This document shows positions 50,882 through 59,055 of a DNA stretch of 64,000 nucleotides, piece after piece; position 1 is the first letter of the stretch; each line of letters begins with the position of its first letter. A program made the position numbers and the translations under genes. The stretch is from assembly GCA_958431225.1 (NCBI GenBank), contig OY288107.1, positions 629,953 to 693,952 on the forward strand, read 5' to 3'. The notes beneath the pieces are model-generated. The model ran no database searches. It was not told the DNA's origin and saw only the letters and a list, made by a program, of their open reading frames with translations. This DNA comes from an uncultured Alphaproteobacteria bacterium (GTDB taxonomy: Bacteria > Pseudomonadota > Alphaproteobacteria > Puniceispirillales > UBA1172).

Positions 50882-51415
50882 CTATTCCGCCACATCCATA
50901 ATATGAAACACCCCCGCCGACCAAACCCCGAACCGCCCTTCACTATTTTGGGTCAGATATTCCGCCAGCTGATAATACACCGCCCGATTGATGCGCGCCT
51001 CCAACCCCGGGCGCATCGCCACATAAGGACACAGCCCCCCACGATAATCCCGCATCATCAAAGGATGTTTAGCATCAAGCACCACTTCCGCACCATGCGA
51101 ATCAGTAAAGCGAATCACTTGGACGTTATCACCAACACCCTCCACTACCATAGCGGTGATGAGATACGGCACATCCTCCACCTCAATCACCCCCCATTCC
51201 GCCGGGGTCACCAACACATACCGCCCATCATCAAGCCGTGCCAACACGCCGGCAAACAAAGCACTCAATCGGTCGCGGCTAATGCGCGCGCCTTCATGCC
51301 ACCACTGCCCGTCGCTATCAATGCGAATAGCGAATCGCTGTAAAGGCGTAGCACGGCGTTGATGTTCGGCGCACCAAGATGCGATGATATCTTCGCTTGG
51401 GGGGGTTTTTGCCAT
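50882..51415 (-). CDS. DUF1285 domain-containing protein
   Basis: I trimmed the ORF to MAKTPPSED. The motif FAIRIDSDGQWWHEGARISRDRL is typical of DUF1285. Confidence 0.75.
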   Translation of the reverse strand: MAKTPPSEDIIASWCAEHQRRATPLQRFAIRIDSDGQWWHEGARISRDRLSALFAGVLARLDDGRYVLVTPAEWGVIEVEDVPYLITAMVVEGVGDNVQVIRFTDSHGAEVVLDAKHPLMMRDYRGGLCPYVAMRPGLEARINRAVYYQLAEYLTQNSEGRFGVWSAGVFHIMDVAE

Positions 51416-51427
51416 GTGCGCGCACCT

Positions 51428-51446
51428 AAAATTCATAAAAATTCAT
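51428..51446. repeat. 9/10-bp x2 tandem repeat carrying duplicated ATGAATTTT (reverse strand)
   Basis: aaaattcat / aaaaattcat. It lies immediately upstream of, and overlapping, the longest-ORF start of the DUF1285 gene. Confidence 0.6.
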
Positions 51447-51536
51447 TATGACGCATCCCTGCCATTTAGAATAGAAAAATAAATCTTTGTTGTTTGGCGG
51501 GATTTAGGGTAGTTTTGATATTCGTATTGTGTCGCT

Positions 51537-51562
51537 CGTGAATCCTTTTCGTGAATCCTAAT
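51537..51562. repeat. 13-bp x2 tandem repeat ending in the TauE-family start codon
   Basis: cgtgaatcctttt / cgtgaatcctaat. The ATG at 51561 begins inside copy 2. Confidence 0.7.
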
Positions 51563-52475
51563 GAACATCTATCTACCCATCGCTGAGATTTCCATCAACA
51601 TTTTCCTCATTTTGGGGCTTGGTGGGGCGGTAGGTATGTTGTCGGGGATTTTCGGGGTAGGTGGCGGGTTTTTGATGACACCGCTACTGATTTTCCTAGG
51701 CGTACCAGCAGCAGTCGCCGTGGGCACCGAAGCCAATCAAATCGTCGCCGCCTCGGTCTCAGGCGTCTTAGCCCATTGGCGGCGGGGCAATGTCGATATA
51801 AAAATGGGGACGATTCTGCTCGCCGGGGGTCTCGTCGGCTCCACCATAGGCGTCGCCATTTTCGCCTCGTTGCGCGAATTGGGGCAGATTGACCTAGCCA
51901 TCAAACTCAGCTTCATCGTATTTTTGGGCATCATCGGCGGTTTGATGCTCATAGAAAGCGGGCGCACCATTTGGCGCACGCGCCGCCCGGGCGGGGCGCG
52001 CCGCCGTCTGCATCAACATTATTGGATACACGGGCTCCCTTTCAAGATGCGTTTTCGCAAATCAAAACTTTATATTTCGGCATTATTGCCGTTTAGCGTG
52101 GGGCTATTTGTCGGCGTTCTTTCGGCGATTATGGGGGTAGGCGGCGGCTTCATCATGGTGCCAGCGATGATTTACATATTGGGGATGCCAACCTCGGTCG
52201 TGGTCGGCACATCGCTATTTCAAATCATTTTCGTCACGGCAAATGTGACGTTTCTGCAATCGGTGCAAACGCAAACCGTGGATATCGTGCTAGCGGGGCT
52301 ATTGTTAATCGGCGGCGTCATCGGCGCGCAATTCGGCACGCGCATCGGCGCACATCTCAAAGGCGAACAATTAAGGGGGCTATTGGCGCTAATCGTGTTA
52401 GCGGTATGTTTGAAACTAGTTTGGGATGTCGTCATCACGCCTGAAGATTTATTCTCGTTGGAGATTCTACGATGA
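51561..52475 (+). CDS. TSUP family (TauE/SafE) anion exporter
   Basis: 304 aa, 7-8 TM, with the duplicated motif GVGGGFLMTP / GVGGGFIMVP. Confidence 0.88.
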   Translation: MNIYLPIAEISINIFLILGLGGAVGMLSGIFGVGGGFLMTPLLIFLGVPAAVAVGTEANQIVAASVSGVLAHWRRGNVDIKMGTILLAGGLVGSTIGVAIFASLRELGQIDLAIKLSFIVFLGIIGGLMLIESGRTIWRTRRPGGARRRLHQHYWIHGLPFKMRFRKSKLYISALLPFSVGLFVGVLSAIMGVGGGFIMVPAMIYILGMPTSVVVGTSLFQIIFVTANVTFLQSVQTQTVDIVLAGLLLIGGVIGAQFGTRIGAHLKGEQLRGLLALIVLAVCLKLVWDVVITPEDLFSLEILR

Positions 52476-53215
52476 TGCGCCACTTTTTTATGATCTTGGC
52501 AGTTCTACTAGCCCTACCCACCTCGGCAATGGGCGAGTTATTGGTCGCCGACCTCAACGAAAAAGAAGTCGCCATCACCACCGATTTTGACGGCGCCGAA
52601 TTATTGCTGTTCGGCACGATTGACCATGAATCGCATGACGATGTCGTCATTATCGTTGAAGGTCCGCCAAAACCCATCGCCATTCGGCAAAAATCGCGCG
52701 TCGTCGGCATTTGGATCAACACCGAATCAGCAACGCTCCAACAGATTCCGAGTTTTTATCAAATTTCCTCCACGCGCCCGCTATTGCTCATCGCCAGCCG
52801 CGAAACCCAAGCCAAATATGGGCTAGGGCTAGAACATATCCCCTTCCGCCTAGCCGCGGGCAGTGCCATCTCACAAGGCGACCCAGCAGAATGGCGCGAG
52901 GCGCTCATCCGCAATATGCGCGCCCAAGGGCTATGGAACCAAGATAGCGATGTGTCGGTGCGTAAAAAAGTGCTGTTCCGTGCCAATATAGACCTGCCCA
53001 CCAATGTGCTACCGGGCAAATATAAGGTGCGGATTCTGCATTTCCGTGCGGGTGCTTTGTTGTCTGAGACCGATTCGCTCATCCGCGTAGAAAAAAAAGG
53101 CGTCAGCGCACAAATTTTTCAATTTGCACATAGCCATCCGCCGATTTATGGTATAGGTGCTGTATGTTTTGCCGTGTTCATGGGTTGGGGCGCGGCGCGA
53201 ATCTTTGGGAGGTAA
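52472..53215 (+). CDS. TIGR02186 family protein (conserved alphaproteobacterial membrane-anchored protein)
   Basis: 247 aa. It has a signal peptide, LVADLNEKEVAITTDFDGAELLLFG, IIVEGP, VVGIWIN and a C-terminal TM. It overlaps the TauE gene by 4 nt. Confidence 0.7.
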   Translation: MMRHFFMILAVLLALPTSAMGELLVADLNEKEVAITTDFDGAELLLFGTIDHESHDDVVIIVEGPPKPIAIRQKSRVVGIWINTESATLQQIPSFYQISSTRPLLLIASRETQAKYGLGLEHIPFRLAAGSAISQGDPAEWREALIRNMRAQGLWNQDSDVSVRKKVLFRANIDLPTNVLPGKYKVRILHFRAGALLSETDSLIRVEKKGVSAQIFQFAHSHPPIYGIGAVCFAVFMGWGAARIFGR

Positions 53216-53217
53216 TC

Positions 53218-53721
53218 ATGGCAAAAGCACCCAAAAAATCGGCAAAAAAAGCCACGCTTAAACGCCGGGTATTCCTAGTGGTAGTCGATGAAAGCAACGA
53301 ATTTCATCAAGCGCTTTACTTTGCCTGTATGCGTGCGAAATCGGTGCATGGGCGGGTAGCCCTATTGCGCTGTGTCGGCGGGGCAGAGTTTCAACATTGG
53401 GTCGGTGTCGGCGAGCTAATGGTAGAAGAAGCCCGCGAGGAAGCCGAAAACCTACTACGCGAGCAAAGCGAACGCGTGCATAAACTAACGGGCGAACACC
53501 CCATCGTCCATCTACGCGAAGGCGATGTCAAAACCGAAATCATCAGCCTCATCAATGAAGAGCCTGAAATTTCCATTCTGGTATTGGGATTAGATACCCA
53601 AGATGAAACCACCGACTCTCTCATCAGCTATCTGACGAGTCGCGGTGCCGCCCAATGCCGTGTGCCGATTACCATCGTCCCGGGCAATTTGAGCGATAAG
53701 GATTTAGACAAAGTCACCTAA
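53218..53721 (+). CDS. Universal stress protein family protein
   Basis: I trimmed the ORF to MAKAPKKSAKK (ATG 53218, GGGAGG upstream). It has a USP-like alpha/beta pattern (VFLVVVDES..., ILVLG). Confidence 0.7.
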   Translation: MAKAPKKSAKKATLKRRVFLVVVDESNEFHQALYFACMRAKSVHGRVALLRCVGGAEFQHWVGVGELMVEEAREEAENLLREQSERVHKLTGEHPIVHLREGDVKTEIISLINEEPEISILVLGLDTQDETTDSLISYLTSRGAAQCRVPITIVPGNLSDKDLDKVT

Positions 53722-53755
53722 ACACGCTTCCTAAACGCGCTTCCTAAATGCGTTC
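53717..53755. repeat. 13-bp x3 tandem repeat spanning two convergent stop codons
   Basis: cctaaacacgctt / cctaaacgcgctt / cctaaatgcgttc. Copy 1 holds the USP TAA on the forward strand. Copy 3 holds the ATPase TAG on the reverse strand. Confidence 0.8.
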
Positions 53756-54481
53756 ATAAGCCAAAAATGCGCGCGCTTCTTTGGAGGCGGGTGCCGTAAA
53801 AAACGCCTCAATATCTTGGGGCGGGGCGAGGCGTCCTTGATGCATAAAAAACACCCGCCCACCCCCGCGCCCGCCAAAACGTTTCAACTGCGCTAGATTG
53901 TGCGTCACCCACAGCACCGGCAAGCCCGTGGCAGCTTTATCGGCAACAATTTTTTCAATGAGCCGCCGCGAAGGCGGGTCTAAACTGCTCGTGGCTTCAT
54001 CACAAAGCAACACCGCCGGCTCCGCGATCAGCATTTGTGCCAAAGCCAGACGTTGCTGTTCCCCCGCCGATAAAAGCCGCGCATCATCCCGCGCGCGCTG
54101 ATCAAGGCGCACCAGCGCCAAACCATCAGCAATACGCGCCCGGCGCACCGCTTTTTCCACCCCCAAGGCTTTCAATACATAATCGCAATTCCCATAAACG
54201 CTACGCCGCATAATCACCGGTTTCTGCATCATCAAACCAATGCGCGCCTCCCCCGCACCCTCCACGCATCCAGCACCAGTGATTCGCCGCACCCCACTAT
54301 CGGGCGCAATCAACCCCGCCAACAACGACACCAGCGATGTTTTCCCCGCCCCATTCGCCCCCACCAAACCGCTAATCCCCCCGGCATCAATACGAATATC
54401 AACGCGGTCGACAATGGCACGAGATTGACGATGCAAGCAAAGCCCCCGCCCCTCTAATATTAGTCGCGCCTCAGCCATCAT
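53744..54481 (-). CDS. ABC transporter ATP-binding protein (TupC-like)
   Basis: 245 aa. Walker A GANGAGKTS, signature LSAGEQQRLALA and Walker B LLCDEATSSLD. Confidence 0.85.
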   Translation of the reverse strand: MMAEARLILEGRGLCLHRQSRAIVDRVDIRIDAGGISGLVGANGAGKTSLVSLLAGLIAPDSGVRRITGAGCVEGAGEARIGLMMQKPVIMRRSVYGNCDYVLKALGVEKAVRRARIADGLALVRLDQRARDDARLLSAGEQQRLALAQMLIAEPAVLLCDEATSSLDPPSRRLIEKIVADKAATGLPVLWVTHNLAQLKRFGGRGGGRVFFMHQGRLAPPQDIEAFFTAPASKEARAFLAYERI

Positions 54482-55169
54482 CCTGCTCCCTACGCCCCAC
54501 CACCACCACGACCAGATTAATCAGCAAGGTCAGCACCAACAGCACCCCCCCCAATGCCAACGCCACCGACAAAGCCCCGCGCGAGGTTTCCAGTGTAATA
54601 GAGGTCGTCATCACCCGCGTGAAATGGTTGATATTGCCGCCAACAATCATCACCGCCCCCACCTCCGCCATCGCCCGCCCCAGCCCCGCCAGCAACGCCG
54701 TCAGCAATTCCACCCAACCATCGCGAATCAGCGTCAGCATCCGCCGCATCGGCGCAATACCGAGCATGCGAAAAAGCGGCGTATAATCTTTATCAATACG
54801 CGCCAATGCCGCCCGGGTGAGGGCGGTAATAATGGGCGTCACCAGAATCACTTGGGCGATAATCATCGCCGTGGGCGTATAGAGCAAATCCAGCACCCCC
54901 AAAGGTCCCGAGCGCGAAATCATCATATACACCGCCAACCCCACCACCACCGGCGGCAAGCCCATCAACGCATTCACCAACCCCACCAGCATCGTATGCC
55001 CATAAAAACGCGTGGTCGCCAACAAAGCCCCCATAGGAAAGCCAAGCAGTGCCGCATAGCCCACCGCCGTCAAATTGACCTTGAGCGACAAAAATATAAT
55101 GGTAAAAAGCGCAGAATCACCGCTTAACAGCAACCCAAAGGCTTGTTTTATGGCTATCAATGTTTCCAT
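54471..55169 (-). CDS. ABC transporter permease, tungstate/oxyanion type (TupB-like)
   Basis: I trimmed the ORF to METLIAIKQ. The motif LAGLGRAMAEVGAVMIVGGNINHFTRVMTTSITLETSRG is characteristic of TupB-type permeases. Confidence 0.8.
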   Translation of the reverse strand: METLIAIKQAFGLLLSGDSALFTIIFLSLKVNLTAVGYAALLGFPMGALLATTRFYGHTMLVGLVNALMGLPPVVVGLAVYMMISRSGPLGVLDLLYTPTAMIIAQVILVTPIITALTRAALARIDKDYTPLFRMLGIAPMRRMLTLIRDGWVELLTALLAGLGRAMAEVGAVMIVGGNINHFTRVMTTSITLETSRGALSVALALGGVLLVLTLLINLVVVVVGRREQDDG

Positions 55170-55356
55170 GGCGCGCGCCTTTAATCCGAAAAACATAAAT
55201 AAAAACGGCTAGTTAAGGTAGATTCGCCTTTTCCCTGTCGCTTTTTTTTCAAAATATACTTTACGCTTTCGCATTCTCATTGTCTAATAAAGCTGCAAAA
55301 GAAGGGAATAAATCTCTTTTCGTTTCATCAAAGTCATTGCATCCTGGAGGACAAAA

Positions 55357-57021
55357 ATGAGCAATACCAACAACCCAAAATACGCTATCTCAAATGAGGT
55401 AGCGCATGGCGAGACCAAAGCCAAAGCCCAACATCTACAAGCAGATTTTATGGCAGGTGCGATTAGCCGCCGTGATTTCATCTCCACCGCCTTGGCACTA
55501 GGCGTATCGCTTGGCGGTGCTACCGCCGTGGTCAAACAAGCCCAAGCCGCCACCCCCAAATCTGGCGGGCGTTTGCGCCAAGGCATCACCGGCGGGGCGA
55601 CGAGCGATGTGCTTGACCCCGGGCAGATTCTTGATGCCTATATGATCAATGTATGTATGGGGCAGCTGCGTCCATGTATGACCAAAATCATGCCCGATGG
55701 TTCCACCGAGGGCGATATCTGTTCGGGTTGGCAAGCCTCCAATGGTGGCAAGACATGGAAATTTGACGTACGCAAAGGCGTTGAGTTCCACAACGGCAAA
55801 GACCTCACCTCCAATGATGTGGTTGATTCGATTCGCCACCATCTCGGCGAAGATTCGGGAAGCGGCGGTAGCGGTGTCGTTGCCGGCATCAAAACCATCA
55901 AAACCGATGGCAAGCACGGCGTCATCATTGAACTCAAAGAAGGCGATGGCGACCTGCCGACCTTGCTTTCGGATTACCACCTCAATATCTGCCCCTCCAA
56001 TGGCGAGGGCGGCATTGATTGGCAATCGGGCATCGGGGCCGGGCCGTATCAGTTGGTTGAACATAATCCGGGGGTACGCACCCTCACCAAAAAATTCGCC
56101 AATTACTGGAATACCGGCAATGAGGCGTGGTTTGATGAGGTAGAAACCTTGGGCATTGGCGATCCGACCGCACGGCTATCGGCACTAGCGACCAATGCGG
56201 TGGATGCGATCAATAGTGTGCCGCCCAAAACCGCCGCGCGCCTCAAAAACATGCGCGATGTGCAGACGCTCATCTCCACCGGCAACAAACAAGCCACCAT
56301 GCCGATGCTATGCGATGTCAAGCCTTTTGATGATATCAATGTGCGCAATGCCCTCAAATACATCATCAATCGCCAAGAGATGCTTGATAAAGTGTTCTTC
56401 GGCTATGGCGAGTTGGGGAATGACAATCCGATTGGTCCGGCAAATATCTTCCGTGCGACCACCGACGAGCTGCCCCAACGCGCATACGACCCCGAACGTG
56501 CCAAACATTATCTACAAAAAGCCGGATTGAGCAAATTGTCGGTGCAGTTCCACGCCGCCGATACCGGCTTCCCCGGTGCGGTAGATGCCGGGGCATTGAT
56601 GCGCGAATCAGCCAAAGCCGCCGGCATTGATATTGAAGTCATACGCGAGCCCAATGATGGCTATTGGTCAAATGTTTGGATGGTCAAGCCATGGTCGGCG
56701 TGTTTTTGGAGTGGGCGTCCTACGGAAAATTGGATGTTCTCACAAGTCTATCTTTCCACGGCAGATTGGAACGACACGCATTGGAAAAACGACCGCTTTG
56801 ATATGTTGCTACGCGCCGGCAAAGCCGAAACCAACCAAGCCAAACGCCGCGACATATACGTAGAAATGCAACAAATCGTCCATGAAGATGGCGGTTTAGC
56901 ATTGCCGGTATTCCAAAGCGACATTATGGGCTATCGCACCAGTATGCACGTGCCTGACCAAATTGCCAATAATTGGGAATTGGATGGGCATCACGCATGC
57001 CGTCGTTGGTGGCAAGTATAA
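55357..57021 (+). CDS. ABC transporter substrate-binding protein, family 5 (peptide/nickel/opine type)
   Basis: 554 aa with Tat-type signal SRRDFISTALALGVSLGGATAVVKQAQA and an SBP family 5 fold. Confidence 0.92.
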   Translation: MSNTNNPKYAISNEVAHGETKAKAQHLQADFMAGAISRRDFISTALALGVSLGGATAVVKQAQAATPKSGGRLRQGITGGATSDVLDPGQILDAYMINVCMGQLRPCMTKIMPDGSTEGDICSGWQASNGGKTWKFDVRKGVEFHNGKDLTSNDVVDSIRHHLGEDSGSGGSGVVAGIKTIKTDGKHGVIIELKEGDGDLPTLLSDYHLNICPSNGEGGIDWQSGIGAGPYQLVEHNPGVRTLTKKFANYWNTGNEAWFDEVETLGIGDPTARLSALATNAVDAINSVPPKTAARLKNMRDVQTLISTGNKQATMPMLCDVKPFDDINVRNALKYIINRQEMLDKVFFGYGELGNDNPIGPANIFRATTDELPQRAYDPERAKHYLQKAGLSKLSVQFHAADTGFPGAVDAGALMRESAKAAGIDIEVIREPNDGYWSNVWMVKPWSACFWSGRPTENWMFSQVYLSTADWNDTHWKNDRFDMLLRAGKAETNQAKRRDIYVEMQQIVHEDGGLALPVFQSDIMGYRTSMHVPDQIANNWELDGHHACRRWWQV

Positions 57022-57037
57022 GGCGGGAGGAGACCCG

Positions 57038-57075
57038 GGACGGAAAGCCCCCCAAAAAAAATGGGTTTTCCGTCC
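57038..57075 (+). other. Intercistronic stem-loop after the SBP gene
   Basis: GGACGGAAA-N20-TTTCCGTCC, a 9-bp perfect stem. Confidence 0.45.
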
Positions 57076-57100
57076 ATGCCCCCCATCATAGATCAATTTC

Positions 57101-58054
57101 ATGTCGCATATTATAGTCATGTTGGTAAAGCGTTTAGCCCTTGGGGTGCTCACGCTGATATTGCTGTCCTTGCTGATTTTCCTATCAGTAGAAGCCCTCC
57201 CCGGCGATTTAGCCGAGGCAATTTTGGGGCAACAAGCCACGCCCGAGAACACCGCCGCCATCCGCCGCGAGTTAGGGCTAGACCTCCCCCCATGGACACG
57301 CTATCTGCACTGGCTAGGCGGCGTGTTGCAAGGCGATTTCGGCAACTCGCTAGCCTTACGCAAGCCCATAGCCGAACTCATCGCCCCGCGCCTAGCCAAT
57401 ACATTATTTTTAACCCTATACACCGCGTGTATTGCCGTGCCGATTGCGCTAATTTTAGGCATGGCGGCATCGCTATTCCGCAATAGTTATTTTGACCGCA
57501 TCTCCAACATCACCGCCCTGAGCGCCATTTCCATGCCCGAATTTTTTGTCGGCTATGTCATGATTTATTTCTTCGCCATTTCGGGCTATTTCCCCTCAAT
57601 GGCGAGCATCAATGCCGGGACGCCTTTTTTGGAAAAACTCTATCTATGTTTCCTGCCCGCCCTAACCCTAACCCTAGTCGTCACCGCCCACATGATGCGT
57701 ATGACAAGGGCGGCGATTATCAATGTTCTAGCCCTGCCCTATATTGAAATGGCGCGCCTCAAAGGCGTGAAATCCCAACGCATCATCACGGCGCACGCCC
57801 TCCCCAACGCCATCGCGCCAATAGTCAATGTGGTGGCACTCAACCTAGCCTATCTCATCACCGGCGTGGTCATTGTTGAAATTGTTTTCGTGTTTCCGGG
57901 ATTGGGGCAGTTGATGGTTGATGGCGTAAAATTCCGCGATGTGCCAGTGGTGCAAGCCACCGCCCTCATTTTCGCCAGCGCCTATGTCGGGCTCAATCTA
58001 TTGGCGGATATCATCTCCACAATTTCCAACCCCCGCCTCATGCGCCAACGATAG
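57101..58054 (+). CDS. ABC transporter permease (DppB/OppB family)
   Basis: 317 aa. Features are the N-terminal RLALGVLTLILLSLLIF, the EAA region ARLKGVKSQRIITAHALPNA and the C-terminal NPRL. Confidence 0.92.
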   Translation: MSHIIVMLVKRLALGVLTLILLSLLIFLSVEALPGDLAEAILGQQATPENTAAIRRELGLDLPPWTRYLHWLGGVLQGDFGNSLALRKPIAELIAPRLANTLFLTLYTACIAVPIALILGMAASLFRNSYFDRISNITALSAISMPEFFVGYVMIYFFAISGYFPSMASINAGTPFLEKLYLCFLPALTLTLVVTAHMMRMTRAAIINVLALPYIEMARLKGVKSQRIITAHALPNAIAPIVNVVALNLAYLITGVVIVEIVFVFPGLGQLMVDGVKFRDVPVVQATALIFASAYVGLNLLADIISTISNPRLMRQR

Positions 58055-58061
58055 GAATAGG

Positions 58062-58985
58062 ATGCTTTACCTACAAACATTCTTAGGGTTTTGCATAACC
58101 ATCATTGCCAGCATAATAGCGGCATGGCTATTCCGTGTCCTATTGGTGCGCCTAGTGGGACACAGCACCGCCAAATTCATCCGCACCGCCCCCCTAACCG
58201 CAAGTTTCGGCATGTTGGTCATCTGCATGTATATTTTGTGCGCCATTTTCGCCCCGCTCATCGCCCCTTATGGTGAGGCAGAAATTTTAGGCGGCGGTTT
58301 TGAGCCATGGTCATCCACCCACCTACTCGGCACCGACAATCTAGGGCGCGATGTTTTCACCCGCCTCATTTACGGCGCCCGCAACACCGTCGGCATCGCC
58401 TTTTTAATCACCGCGCTCGCCTTTTTTGTCGGCACATTATTGGGGCTTTATGCGGCATTAAAGGGCGGCATCATTGACCAAATCACCAGCCGTTTGGTCG
58501 ATGTGCTGATGGCGATTCCGTCGCTAATTTTCTCGCTATTGATGCTGACCATTTTCGGCACTTCGGTGCTAAGTTTAGTCATCGTCATCGCCGCCATAGA
58601 TTCCACCCGCGTTTTCCGCATAGCCCGTGCCGTCGCCCTCACCATCGTGCATTTAGATTATATTGAAGCGGCAAAATTGCGCGGGGAGCGCACTAGATAC
58701 CTCATCACCCGCGAGATTCTACCCAACGCCCTCGCCCCCCTAGCGGCAGAGTTCGGCTTGCGTTTCTGTTTCGTTTTTTTGATGATTTCGGCGCTATCAT
58801 TTTTGGGGCTAGGCTTACAGCCGCCGACAGCAGATTGGGGTTCTATGGTGCGCGACAATGCCGATTTAATCAGTTTCGGCGACATCACCCCCTTGATTCC
58901 CGCCGGCGCCATCGCGCTTTTGACGATTGCCGTCAATTTTGTCGTGGATTGGTTTCTGCATAAAGCCAGCGGGTTAAAGGATTGA
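58062..58985 (+). CDS. ABC transporter permease (DppC/OppC family)
   Basis: I trimmed the ORF to the ATG at 58062 (the longer ORF overlaps the upstream gene). Motifs are HLLGTDNLGRDVFTRLIYG and EAAKLRGERTRYLITREILPNA. Confidence 0.92.
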   Translation: MLYLQTFLGFCITIIASIIAAWLFRVLLVRLVGHSTAKFIRTAPLTASFGMLVICMYILCAIFAPLIAPYGEAEILGGGFEPWSSTHLLGTDNLGRDVFTRLIYGARNTVGIAFLITALAFFVGTLLGLYAALKGGIIDQITSRLVDVLMAIPSLIFSLLMLTIFGTSVLSLVIVIAAIDSTRVFRIARAVALTIVHLDYIEAAKLRGERTRYLITREILPNALAPLAAEFGLRFCFVFLMISALSFLGLGLQPPTADWGSMVRDNADLISFGDITPLIPAGAIALLTIAVNFVVDWFLHKASGLKD

Positions 58986-58989
58986 TGCC

Positions 58990-59055
58990 ATGAAACAACA
59001 TCTACTGACAAAAATCAATGCCATGAAACAACGCCTGCTCACCATGGAAAACATT
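58990..59055. repeat. Diverged 33-bp x2 in-frame tandem repeat at the ATPase start
   Basis: ATGAAACAACATCTACTGACAAAAATCAATGCC / ATGAAACAACGCCTGCTCACCATGGAAAACATT. This encodes MKQHLLTKINA / MKQRLLTMENI. Confidence 0.6.

Noticed and set aside
55170-55356. Moco riboswitch upstream of the TupBC-like operon or near the moa genes.
   Set aside because: The leader is AT-rich and I could not recognise the conserved Moco-motif helices by eye. A covariance-model scan is needed for a definitive answer.
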